A stretch of DNA of 64,000 nucleotides from Octopus sinensis (lineage: Eukaryota): assembly GCF_006345805.1 (NCBI RefSeq), contig NC_042998.1, positions 168,702,001 to 168,766,000 on the forward strand, read 5' to 3'. Numbering within the stretch: position 1 is the first letter of the stretch; every line of letters starts with the position of its first letter. The position numbers and the translations under genes are program-made. Positions 26,219 to 39,930 of the stretch are shown piece after piece. Under the pieces are notes generated by a model. It made no database searches. It was not told where the DNA came from and saw only the letters and a program-made list of their open reading frames with translations.

Positions 26219-28224
26219 CAACGCTTTGGTAAGAATCACGACACATGTCTACAGTCATTTTCTATCTTTACTACGGAGGAGCTTTGAGAAACAAAGAAAA
26301 TTGGACTGTTCGGTTGTCTAGGATTAAAGGTATCTTCAAAGTATTTGAGATGATATGTAATATGTCCGGTTTCACGATGCGTAATATATCCGGTTTCACA
26401 TTCACCAGAGCAAATCAGCGGCTTACAAATTAGAAAGACAAGTCAACGTCAAATAATGTTGTAAGTCACTGAACCGATGATCATCTTAAGATATTTGGGA
26501 TTGATTCTAGTCAGACTTTCAGACAAAACTAGGAAATGAACTGAAAGGAAGTTACTCCTCAATATTCAAGTAGAAGTGATCTCCACATACAGCGCCTCTG
26601 TGATTGGTTACCAACTAGAATGGATTATCTTAACTTTTATTTCTTGTGAAAAGGGCACTTTCCAATAAACTGAATGTCAATCAGCTGATAATACTCTCTG
26701 TATGGTGTAACTTGCATAGCCTTATATAATCTGACTGATCCGTTTGTCTCATCTGTTTAACCACAAATGTCTCTTTAAATAAGTCCCTTTAACTAAGTCG
26801 CATCCCTGAGTCAGACGTATACGAAGACTACACATCTTCCATACGAAATGTTATCAGGTACTCACAGTGCCTCTACCAACACGAACGGTGGAATATCAAT
26901 CATTTGCCTTTTATAAAAGCTTGGTGGCGATCAAGTACGATAAAGGTCTCTGAAAGAGATAAGGATCAACTAAAATTCCATTTTGGAGAACTTCAGTCCG
27001 AGGATCATGACACCTAAAAATCCTTGATCTAGTCGTGTTATTATGAGCATTACTGAATCAGGATGACCTCTACAAGTTAGGCAGAGCTCTCAACTGGTCT
27101 TGTTCAAGATGTAAGCGGACCGATGGACGACTCTACAAACATGCATTCAGTGTCCGAGCATTGCTGGCTTGTAGAGCTTTCTTAAACAGATAATGTGGAT
27201 TCGGTTATCAACCGATTTTATCGTAAATATCACTCCACTGCTTTCATTTTAGTCGAAAAGTGCAGTCAGTTTATTCTCAGTCTGGTGGCTAGAGCGAAAA
27301 TTGTTTGTTGACCAAAATGGAAAACAATGGTAATTAGAACAGAACAGTAATTTTGCTCGATCAAGGCTAAACTGGATTGAGCCAAAACATCAAGAACAAC
27401 AATTATTTAAATAATAATAATAAATCAACGAATATTAGTAACAAATAAGTTAATATTTGAGTTGACAAATCAATCTTGTCAACTCAAATGTTGATATTTT
27501 AGTAGGAAAACAGACATGATGAATTATGGTATTTCACTCTCTAGAAAATTTATTGAACTCCATTGTATATTTATGCTCTAATATATACTACTGTGTATCT
27601 AATATACAGTAGAAGACTTAATGGACTGATCTTATTTGTGCCTCATTAAAATAAATTAATATTCATGTTTAAGTAGAGAGTGATGGGTTAATGACAGGTT
27701 AAGTGTCTTGCAACATTTCTATATATATGTTGCATTCTGGTTTCAATTCCTTCCGTGGTCGACTTTGGATTTGATACCCCCTGGGACCATTAAAACATAA
27801 ACAGTCAAATAATGGGGTTGGATTTCATGGAATGTACTTTCATTAATATTTGTATTCTTGTAGAAACCAATTTGTTATTTGACCCGACCAAACTAAAATG
27901 TAAGGAAAAGCTAGAAACCCAAAGCACTAAACATCTTAAAGGCATTCAGTATGTTAAAATATAGCTTGTTAATAAAATGCCTATTTAGAAAAAAAAAACA
28001 TTGCATGAAGTATTTACAGTTATTTATAAGAATTACAGGAGAAATCGATATGGAAAAAAAGTAGAAATTGCTGATGTAAAAACTAACGTAAAAATATGTC
28101 GAACTTATCAGAGCATTCATGAGCATTAATTTAAAAGCTAACTTCATCTTCCGAATCTCATGAATTTTAAAGATCATTGCTTGCTCCAGATATCTATAAC
28201 TTAAAACGAGTGACAGATATACAA

Positions 28225-28272
<48 letters not shown>

Positions 28273-28326
28273 CTGTATATGTAACATGTGTCAATTATTC
28301 GGTAGCCATGATAAAAAAAATTCCGA

Positions 28327-28400
28327 TGGCCGGATAACTGAAGGGATGGCGGCGTGGATTTCCACCTCGGTATCCGAAACTCGGAGTTTTATCATGGCTA
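28327..28400 (+). ncRNA. Type I hammerhead ribozyme-like fold (Penelope-type), core A9 missing
   Basis: Stem I: TGGCCGGATAA(28327-37)/TTATC-A-TGGCTA(28389-400). Core CTGAAG at 28338-43. Stem II: GGATGGCGGCGTGG/CCACCTCGGTATCC with loop ATTT. GAA at 28376-78. Stem III: ACTC-G-GAGT. Predicted GUU cleavage after 28388. Folded by hand. Confidence 0.7.
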
Positions 28401-29049
28401 CCGAATAATTTTCACATATTACATTTACAGATAAATTCCTCTATTTACATAATATCGAGGTCTCTTTCATTCTTTTGTTGTCTTACCATTTTTATCAATA
28501 ATATATATATATATTTCCACTAGATAAGACTGTTCTGTCACATGTAACTTTTCTTCAGTAAGGGATTGAAATCAGCGCAGTGAACCACCGAAATATGTAT
28601 CGATTTTACATTACTGTGTATGTTTATTGCAACGAAATGTATCACACTACTACACTGGATAAGAACTAGGCGAAATCTGTTGTTTGCTACGTAAGTTCTT
28701 TAATTTATACAATACAAGAAGCAAAACACTAACTTTCTGATTGGTTGTCCGCTATGCTATAAACTTGACAACTCACGCACTCAGAGTTTTAGCACTAAAA
28801 TCAGATACTTTTGTTGGATATATTTAACACCATATGTCATCTTCCTGGACACCATATGTTATATTCCTTTGAATAGGATAATAAAATCTAACTCAAAACC
28901 GGAGAAAATAATTGAGGTATTGTCTTTAGAAATTTTGTTATAGTGAGTACATAAAAAGGAAAGATATAAATGAACGCAGACAGTACCTGTTTATAAAGAA
29001 ACAGGTATCGAATTTGTGTATATGCAGAATATAGATTATTTTTCAAAGG

Positions 29050-29262
29050 CTGTTCCCAACTCATAGGCTCATAAAGCTGGTTGCTTGGATTATGGCTTAC
29101 ATATCCACCCTTGCAAGGGACGCCAGTCCGTTGTAGGTATACACGTTTCTGCCAACCGATTTGGCTGAAATAATGCTCAAGAGCACAACCCATCGCCTGG
29201 CCCAGGAATCGAAACCACAATCTTACCATCATGAATGCAACACCACTAAGCCACCAACCTCT
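29050..29262 (-). mobile_element. tRNA-SINE (family 3-like), decayed
   Basis: Plus strand ends GCTCAAGAGCACAAC...CCAGGAATCGAAACC...CACTAAGCCAC, the reverse of a tRNA-like head with B-box GGTTTCGATTCC. Similar to 39605-39930. Confidence 0.65.
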
Positions 29263-29879
29263 ACAAATTTACTCCGCAAATTTACTAATGTGTATTTAGT
29301 AATGTGTATTTTATTAACCTGCATAAAATGTTTGTGAAAATATTACATACTAAAGAAAATATTACATATTTAAGTAATGAAATAAATTAGTGGAAAATAG
29401 GGTAAAAAATAGTATATAGATGAAATAAAATTTCTTTTTCTGTAAAACGACAATATTTTTACATTTTACAATTTGTGTTGCAAGATTCCTGATCTGAAAT
29501 CGTGTGTTGAGACCGATATTGTATTATTTCGGAATGGTCATTTTTTTTTTCCAAATAAACACACGCACTATATATTTTTTCTTCGCCCGTTTATTACTGT
29601 TCTTATTTTATTATTTTAACTCATGTCCATTGTCGTGAGCGACACTTTTTATTTTCGTGTATGTTCTTGCTCCATTTACTCCATTTTGTTCTTCTAAGGT
29701 GTGTATCCTCATGTGCGCATACGTTTGTGTTCTTGTTTGTGTGTGCGTGTGTATGTGTGTATGTGCATGTGTCTGTTTATGCTTGTGTGTGTGCCATAGA
29801 TTTTAGCAGCAGTATGACCTTGCCCTCAACAGCGCCATCTTCTGACCCCTCGACTATTTGCTGCTCCATAAATAATAGA

Positions 29880-30050
29880 GTCTTCAGAATTCCTTGAGGG
29901 ATTTCTTCCTGAGTCTGAGGGCAATGATTTCAGATATTACCTCGGTCAATTTTCCTTTTGATCCATATTGGGGGTCGATAAACAAAATATCAGTCAAATA
30001 CTGGGATCAATTTTTCTATTTGTTACCTTCTCGCTCTCTTTCGATGGACT
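29880..30050 (+). mobile_element. SINE family 1, decayed, plus orientation
   Basis: CCTCGGTCAATTTTCCTTTTGATCC...GGGGTCGATAAACAAAATATCAGTCAAATACTGGGATC resembles the reverse complement of the family 1 core. Confidence 0.55.
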
Positions 30051-31091
30051 ACGTGGCGCTATACGAAGTGCCGTGAAAGACCAATCTTTCTCTTTCTACA
30101 GAAATGGTGAAAGGATGAGTAAATGTCTGGCAACCGCTTCACACTGAAAGAAACCCGGATGCTACTAGGACTGTCCAAGTAAAGTCTGAGGTGTAGTACA
30201 GGACGGTAAAGAAATAAAATTATTCATGAATAAACTAGTTTTGACATTTGATTAAATTTCCTTGCAAAAATGCAACTATGGTAAAATTATTGATAATATA
30301 TTTATTAGATCCGGTTTTAAGAATATTCGGCTTAGATGCCGCTAATATTACAATCACTTCGACTGAAAATCGTCGCACAAAGGTTTGGTCGGGCATATGG
30401 TAAAATATTTCATATTTTTAGCTTCAAACTACGTTAGTATTGACGTTGCATTTCAATGAATAACTGCCAAAGTAGTCAGTTCAATACTCTCCATTATGAA
30501 ATATGAATTCTGTCTTGTAAAATACTATTAATATTTTAATTCACCCCAGCATTAGTTATTAAACTTTTGACATATCGTTAATCCCACCGTTTAGAATTGC
30601 AAATTAATGAAAGGAATGACAGAGTAACATTGCAGATTAATAAACTGATGTATCATGATATCCGAGTTGATAATATCTTTAGTTTCCGGATGCAGAGTCA
30701 AGAAATTGTATCCTGCCAATGGTTATGATACTGGTAAGGAAATGATATCTCCATAACCGACATACTAGCAAACCAGGATAGCGAACAGTGAGAGAGAGCT
30801 TTGTTTTGTAAAAAAATGACTAATAGCTAGACGATGTTTTAACTTTGGCTGTTAGCTATAAATATATGCATGCACACATGCACGCATATAAACATGTTTA
30901 CGTCAATGTATGTGTGTGTGTATTTATTTATATATTTTTATGTATGTAAATGAGAAATTATAATAAACACGAATCTATATCATTTGTTCACTACGCACGT
31001 TTCACCAGTGTAGTCATTCGCAACTTCTACGGATAGATGCTGAACTATAACTGATCTGCAAGTCAACATTTTATTGCATTATGTTACGCAG

Positions 31092-31094
<3 letters not shown>

Positions 31095-31167
<73 letters not shown>

Positions 31168-31168
31168 C

Positions 31169-31199
<31 letters not shown>

Positions 31200-31263
31200 T
31201 GTATGTATTATGTATGTATGTATGTATGCATGTATGTATGTATGTATGTATATATATATATAT
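31095..31263. repeat. (TA)n/(TATG)n microsatellite
   Basis: Directly visible. Confidence 0.95.
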
Positions 31264-32104
31264 AAGGAATAAAAAGATTTGAATGCTACAACAATGTACT
31301 ATAATATAGACAATGGGCTATATATATATACCTGTTGTAATTTAGTCATCCATAGTCTGATATGATATTTTGGAATGATATTCCTTCTTCAGATATTCTT
31401 AGATGGAGTCGCTGCTATAATCGGTTTTCTAACAGCTTTTCTTTTTTATTTTGTGGAAGTGGCTCATACATTGGTGAGTGTGTTTTACGTATGTATGCAT
31501 ATAAAATATCATTTTATTTTAAATCTTTATGTTGTGATACTAATAAAAGATTCGCAGTCGTTTATATTTAAAAGACACCAACACAAATTACAATCAAGAA
31601 AATAATTAAATGACTCGAATAATTTTTTCTTTCCATAGTTGGTATTATAACCATCTAGCTGTAAAAGATTGCAACATTTCTTTACAGGCAAAGAATCCCG
31701 ACAATATTCAAAGCAATCTATTTACTGACAGATTAAAGAAGCCCTGCTAAGGACGAGGATACTGACAGACGTATGTCAAGGACATCCTCAACAGAAGAGT
31801 CAGCCCTAATTACGTATAAAAAGTGACAAACTAGGTTCAAAGAATGGATTTTACTATCATAACTAGTAAAAGTAGCAATACTTGTGGCAGTAATTAAGAA
31901 AGGAGGGAAACAAAGAAAGAATATCATCAGGCTAAATGTCACACAATGCTTAGTTTCTATCATTCTATATTTTGAGTTCAATTAAGTACATTTATTGTTC
32001 ATATAACAATTAATTTACTGAAGGTCGTACAATAGAATCGGTTCAACCAACTATAGCGTATTCTCATTACAAACTTAAACGGAATGAATTAGGCCACTTA
32101 TGTT

Positions 32105-32320
32105 GGTTTCAAATTTTGGCACAAGGTCAGCAATTTCGGAGAAAGGAGTAAATTAATTACATCGACCCCAGTGTTCAACTGGTATTTATTTTATCAACTC
32201 CGAGAGGATGGAAGGCAAAGTTGACTTCGGCGGCATTTCAGCTCAGGACGTAAAGACAGACGAAATACTGCTAAGCATTCTGCCCGGCGTGCTAGCGATT
32301 CTGCCAGTTTACCACCTTTA
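32105..32320 (-). mobile_element. SINE family 1, near full length
   Basis: GGCACAAGG...ATCGACCCCAGTG...GAAGGCAAAGTTGACTTCGGCGG...GCCCGGCGTGCTAGCGATTCTGCCAG. Confidence 0.85.
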
Positions 32321-35300
32321 AACCATTTATTGTAACACTAGTCTAACATTAATATTATAATCTAATAATCTACATTATGTTGACACTGAGGTAGCATGAA
32401 TCTCTAAACTATTTGAGCTAACCCCACTACAACCGCAATATGGAGAATTTATTAACGCAAACTTTTGTATATTTCAATTTCATCCCTAACGTTGAGCTAA
32501 ATATTTACTATGATTCATATTGTATTTTATTTTCTCTGAGATAAAAATGAATACCATGCTTGGTTTTCCATCCTCTTATAAAGTATAGGACAAGTGTGCC
32601 TATATAAAATGTAAAGCACAATTGACTACATTTATACAATATGGAAATTCTAAATGATTTCACAGAATGCTCCAAATAAAGTTTCTTTTAGAGGAAACAC
32701 TTATATATAAAATTTTGTGCAAAGTTTAGTGACAAGTAAGGGCAATTAGAGCGCAAGAATTCCAGTTATCGATAACGTCTATGTTAAAACTGAGCTGATA
32801 ATCTTAAATAAAACCTTTCCACATGAAAACTTTAATGCTACACAACGACTGAAGATGTGCTTCAATCTCTGTATTTAAGAAAAGTTGGCTGCGAGTGTTA
32901 TGACGTCAACAACTTATAGGAAATATCACACTGAATTTGTATAAATGTCAACTTCAAAAATGAATGTCAAATTGAAGGTGATATTTTAGAAGAACTAATA
33001 CCAATTTGTATATGTATAGAAAACCATCGGATCACCTGAAACCTGGATCGATAATGTTCTCACACAACTTCGATTCAGAATTATCTTTTTAATCACTTCA
33101 TTACTAATTATAATACAATTGGTTAGAAAAGCCCATAGTAACAATGTTTCAAAAGATACATTCAGTGCACAAAGTTGGTGGGGAAGTTAGGATACAAAAT
33201 GAAAAATGTAGAGGTTTTAATCGAATTAGTTTAGACGTTATCAAGCGCGAAAATGTCATAACTTAAAGACCGCATGATAACCATACAATAAACAAATAAA
33301 AACACTTTTATTTCCATTACCACCACCATCACCATTACTATCACTGTCATCACTGCCACCACCATAAACACAATCTCAATAACATCATTGTTACAACCAA
33401 CATCACTACTATCAGCAACAACAACAGCAACAAAACAAATGCTCCCAAGGGCACGATGATATGGAGAAGGCAGCAGTACATCTAAGAAGAGAGTAAATAA
33501 AGTCAGGAAACAGTTATCTAGAGGTATTAAATTAGCAAACATGAGAAATTTAAATATACTACGAACGGAATGATAATGCGTTAGCAGTACTAGGTAATAA
33601 GCTAGGTAGAGATGGCTCTTTAAATACATAGTAATAAGCAACAGCATTCATCATCTTCGACACTTTTTATATAAAACCACTACCACTACCACCACCAATA
33701 ACAACAACACCGACCCTATCACTGCTACTGTAGCTGCTGTAACTATGACTCCTCCTGCTACAACTTTATCACTATTAATATCAGTAAAAGCCGAAAAAAT
33801 ATTGTAAAAGATGTCCAATATGATATTTTAAGATAATCACTGTTAGAGATATGGCTGTCCATTCAGATAACAATGAATCATTGAATTGGCACAGCACAAT
33901 AATTTAAATATAAATACCTTGAAATAGAAATAGCGCGTATATAGTATACAGGCAAAGAGACAATAACAATCCCACTGGTTTTTGTGCACGAAGCTCGTAA
34001 AAAAACCGGCAAGAATAAATACCATTAAAATACATGGTGAATCGCATTCGTGTGACATTCAAAACAATAGTTGTTCGCAGAAATTCCCAAAAGCGTTATC
34101 AGCCTAAAGCTTAAAGAATTTTCTGTATTGCTTATCTACATATTCAAGTCATCTCTTGCGTTATATTTCCTCAGAATGATAGACTACCAAGAAATGAAAT
34201 AAACGATCACTGAAAGTTGAGAGAGATTGGCTGTGATAACAATGAGAATTACTACAATCTTCGAAAAGATTTTATATATTTGCCTGAAGCTTGTGAATTT
34301 ACTATGCAGAGTAATGGTTGTACCCTTTGGCCTCACCCGGCCCTCTCAGGTTGAAGTTTTCAATAGTTGAGTATAATCAATACTTACGCTAATTTTCATA
34401 GGTAGGGAGAAAAGTTGAGGAAGATTGTTGGATACAAAGATTTTCATTTAGGTAGGTGTAGTAAAATAATGTTAGAATTCTGGAACATTAGACACAATAG
34501 CCAAAGACAAATTATTGATCCGAGTGAGTTTAAGTAGATGTAACGTAATTATTTACTAGTTCAGGAGCTGACATCACTGTTGTAATGATAAAGGACAGGA
34601 GAAAATAGCTTGGTGTTGAGCTGGAAATTGTAGTAGTCTGTCACTGAGCGAATGTTCATTATCAGTTTTGTTTTGATATAGTCTGGAATTCGAAGTGGAA
34701 GTATCATTGCCCTCATAACTCTGAGCTATCTGAGTTAGCCTACGGTGAATTTGCGTCTTGTATAGATTCGTTCCGCAGTGGTTTAGGGTTAACATACCTT
34801 TTGAAAGCTCAGATCGCCAGCTGATATGTGTAGTTATCTGAAGAGATAATCGGAGTAGGTATGGTATGGATTTAGATACATATTATTTACAAGTAGGTTG
34901 GGTTGTTTAAGTATGCTTTCTTGTGATTCATGACGTTCGAACAAGAGAATGTTGTCATGTTAACATTGAAGAGGATATTTTCAATATCTATGGAAAAGTG
35001 TTGATGTTTAAAGTTGTGCGTGGATAAGATCTGAAAACAGTTATAGAAATGCTGTATAATGTAATATCTAAATCGGACTACTTGTGGTTAGAAATGGCTG
35101 CAAATATGCTATTTATATGCTATTTATGTACAGAGTAAAGATAGTGGGTAAGATAAATGAGCCTTCAAGAGGATACACATCAAAACACAGGAGCAATATA
35201 GTAATCTCAAAATATACTGATTCTCCTTAAATTATAGAGCTGTAGACCAACAGTGATAGCAAAAATAGCAACAATAAATCAATCCATTTCTATATTTTTT

Positions 35301-35993
35301 AACGAAGTATCTCTTCTGAAGAAATCAGCAAAAGTCATCAACACTAGAATTATTTTCTGTTTTTCTTCTCTGTCCTAGCATTTGCCCTGCTTTTAGCGCC
35401 AGTTCCGCGTACGAACAGCAAAGTCAATGACCGAGAGGTAATGTCATTAGCCTTGTAAAGCTAATCATGTTAGTACTAATAAAATCACTAATACATGTAA
35501 CACAATATCAACAAAAATATTAATATCAGGATGCACGACCATAGAATCAAATGTAACAGCTGATATATTAGTGCTATCAGCTGATACAAATGCTGACAGA
35601 ACGAAACGCATATTATCTATAAATATAAAAACCAATGTACAAATTCAAAGCTTGCCAATTGTACAGCTGAATTAGTTAACATTCTAATAACATTAGTACT
35701 TAATACCACTACTAAAGGGGAAAATTATCAAATTATAACAGACAAGAACGAAACTCAAGAGAATATTAAAAAACAGGAAACTATAAAAACATCATATCTC
35801 AACATTAGTACTGCAACATTAAATTCCTGCTTTAGGGATATATCGGCACTGAGAAACACCTTAAAAGATGGCCAAGAACGAAGTCATTAAGAAGTGGATG
35901 ATAGGTGAAAAATTGTTTGTTTCTGAATGGATTTAACTAAAAAGTTCATACGTTTGGTTTTTGCTACTCTTAACAATTTCGAATTATCAAGTT

Positions 35994-36390
35994 ACTAGCA
36001 GTATTGCCCGGCGTTGCTCGGGTTTGTAAGGGAAATAACTATACAGCATTTTTAGAGAGTTATAGCCAAAATATAGCAAAAAAATGCATTAAAAATGGAA
36101 AAAATATGATGGTAAATTTTTTTTTAAATCGTTGACTCATCGTAGACATTTTTAGAGAGTTACTTCCCTTTAAAAAAAATATGCATGAAAATGGAAAAAA
36201 ATTATGGTAAATTATTTTTTAAATCGTAGACTCATCGTAGACGCGCGCTAATACCCAGAAGGGCTTGATATGAATCACGACTATAAGATACCCGGTTTTG
36301 GTTAAACTGTACCGCAAAATGTGGGAGTAGTTAGGAATCTAAATCTTAGGAGACAGACACTCACACAACTACAGTTTTATATATATAGAT
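35994..36390 (+). mobile_element. Non-autonomous Helentron-associated (HINE/DINE-1-like) element
   Basis: Starts ACTAGCAGTATTGCCCGGCGTTGCTCGGG and ends TTTTATATATATAGAT, with T-rich junctions. Has an internal ~100-bp tandem duplication (CATTTTTAGAGAGTTA...GACTCATCGTAGA x2). The terminal architecture matches DINE-1/HINE elements as recalled. Confidence 0.6.
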
Positions 36391-37430
36391 TACATACCGA
36401 ACGAATATTGATATCCAGTAACGTGAAAATATTGCAAATACCCTCTGAAAACAAGGTCAAATTAGACAACGAGAAAGAACATCGGTTGTGATCTTCAAAC
36501 AAACTCTTGCTTACCCAAGGACAACATATAACTCTTTTATCAGATAAGAAATTTCAAATGTGTAATAAACACCATCATTGCTTAATGTCTTTCTTCAATG
36601 AAATGCCAAATCGGGTAACTAGAAGAACGTAAAGCTTGCACAAAGGAGATTAGAAACAAAAATTAAAATCTTCAAATCATATACACAATAATAACTTTAG
36701 GACTTTAAAATAACTGTCAAAAGTGTGTGCGAGAAAATTGTTTACAACGGAATAAAAATATATCGTTCAGAAATTCTCCATATTTTAAAGCTGACAAAAC
36801 CTGTAGAGTTTTCCCCAAAAGAATAAAGTCAAGGATCAAAAGAGTACAATTAGATTCACTGTCTTTTGACTTCTCCAAAACACTAGACAATTCAAGCTAT
36901 CAAACTATCATCGTAAATTAGAATGTAAACCTATAATATATACCGAAATCCAAGAAAGTGAAAAATTATTCGCTTTGACTCATATAATACGATAAAAGTA
37001 AAAAGAAACTATCTTTGCATTGTCATTTGGAATCAATTTCAAATGAAAATTAAACTTTTCCATGTTCAACACAACAACGATGCTATATATAATTGCTATA
37101 TGAAAAAGTGTACAATATCAAAACAACTACCAGTTAAATTAGTTAAATGAAGTAAATATACGAATCGCTGGAGTGTCCTATTACCTTAACGCCACCAAAA
37201 ACATTAATAGCTTCATTAGTAAAATAACTTATGTTGCTTGTTCAATTATTTTTCATGCGTTCGGCGAATATTTTTAAACGGGGTTTAATCAGCACCGTTA
37301 ATTAGCTTCAACGCCAGAAAACATTATTAAAATCTTCAACTTCTTTCGTTATTTGTTCCCCTCGTCTTTCTGAAAATTTTTGCTGGATAAATTTTAGAAC
37401 AAAAATGGAACAGAACTACAAACCTATCAA

Positions 37431-38181
<751 letters not shown>

Positions 38182-38200
38182 GTAATAATAATAATAATAA

Positions 38201-38395
38201 TTCTTTCTAATTTGGGCAGAAGGCCAGCAAATTTAGAAAACAGGTTAATCGATGTCATTGATCCACTGCTTAACTGGTAGTAATTTTATTGTATGCAAGA
38301 CTAAGTTGACCTCGGTAGAACTAGAACTCAGAAAGTAAAGAGCTGGAAGAAACATTGCTGTGGATATTGCCCCACGCTCTAATGATTTTGCCTGT
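38201..38395 (-). mobile_element. SINE family 1, decayed
   Basis: GGCAGAAGGCCAGCAAATTT...GTTGACCTCGGTAGAACTAGAACTCAGAAAGTAAAG. Confidence 0.65.
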
Positions 38396-39490
38396 TTGGA
38401 TAACAGGAAGGACTCGTTAGCACAAATGCAAATTTATAAATTCTGTGATTTAGAAAAATTTGAGAGGAAATTAAACAAAATTTTGAACATGTAAATTAAA
38501 GATATGTTGCAAAAAGGAAAAAAAAATATCATTGAACATAAAATATAGAGTCCTATTTAAACATGCGAAGAGGACATTAGATATAATTAGAGAGCAAATA
38601 AATGAAGTAGTTATTACGATTTAAAGCCAAGCTGCAGCGCATATGGCAACCATCGTGTCAAAATAAATGGAAAAACTAGAAAGCCTAAAACAGATCCTGT
38701 ATAACAGTAAACGATTTAGCAGGAGATAAATCTCAAGAGAAAATATACAGCTAGATGTGAAATCCAAAATTAGACAGAAAAATTTATCTCACTAAAAAGC
38801 AAAGCTATTGATAATTCAAAACTCAAAACATTCTTACATTAAGAAATATTAATGCAACAAGTGAATGTTAAAGCGTAGACGATACGCATATATCATGAAT
38901 AAATTAAACGTGATTTCGAAAAGGAAAAAAGAGACCTTTACATGAAACTAAATAACAAATCAATACATAAAGAAAACGTGTGAATTTTCTTGGTTTTTAC
39001 ATAATATTTTGGAGATTTGAAATTTGAACTTTAAAATCGAAAAACAAGAAAGAAGAATCATATCAAGAAAGGAGAATTCATATATTCATTTTGTGTCGTA
39101 TATATAATTCCTAAATATGTTAAATGAACATAGATCATCTAGTTTCATGATCCCAAGTTGCGTTACATTGATAAGCTCCGATAAGAGCGAAATAACGTTA
39201 TCTGCAACTACTAGGACATCCAAAACGAGAAAAAAAAAAGAATTATATGAAAACATTCCTCCATATGTTCTCTCACTCATAAGAAAAAGACCGCATAATA
39301 ATAAAGCGAAAAAAGCGGTTCTCTCCTACGGAGGGATGTTTCTCTCTCCCTACTCTTTCTTAACAAACTCTCTCCGCTTCTTACCGTAAAAACAACCGTA
39401 GATAGCAGCACCAACAGTCGCCAGTCAAATTTCACCCACCCACATATACACATGTATATATGTGTATATATATATATATTATATATATAT

Positions 39491-39542
<52 letters not shown>

Positions 39543-39543
39543 A

Positions 39544-39604
<61 letters not shown>

Positions 39605-39930
39605 GGAGCATGGGTTACGACTACAAGCCCCTCCCCCCCAACTGATACGATCAACAGAACAACTTGCTCGTGAAATTAACGTGCAAATGGCTGAGCATTC
39701 CACAGACACATGTATCCTTAATGAAGTTCTCAGGGAGATTCAGCGTGACGTAAAAGTGTGACAAGGTCGGCTCTTTGAAATACAGGTACTACTCATTTTT
39801 GCCAGTTTAGTGGACTGGAGCAACGTGAAATAAAGTATCTTGCTCAAGGACACAACGCGCCGTGGGGGAATTGAACTTACGGCCTTACGATCATAAGCCG
39901 AATGCCCTAACGACTAAGCCACGCGTTTCC
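39605..39930 (-). mobile_element. tRNA-SINE (family 3)
   Basis: Minus head GCGTGGCTTAGTCGTTAGGGCATTCGGC...GTAAGTTCAATTCCC (A/B-box-like), followed by a non-tRNA body. Confidence 0.8.

Noticed and set aside
26460-27330. GC-richer block that might be an old LINE or exon
   Set aside because: No interpretable motif or splice pattern found in any frame by eye; left unclassified.
30985-31025. Possible fourth hammerhead (minus strand GAAACGTGCGTA with palindromic helix III)
   Set aside because: The core reads CGAATGA, stem I does not pair, and several indels are needed; too decayed to support.
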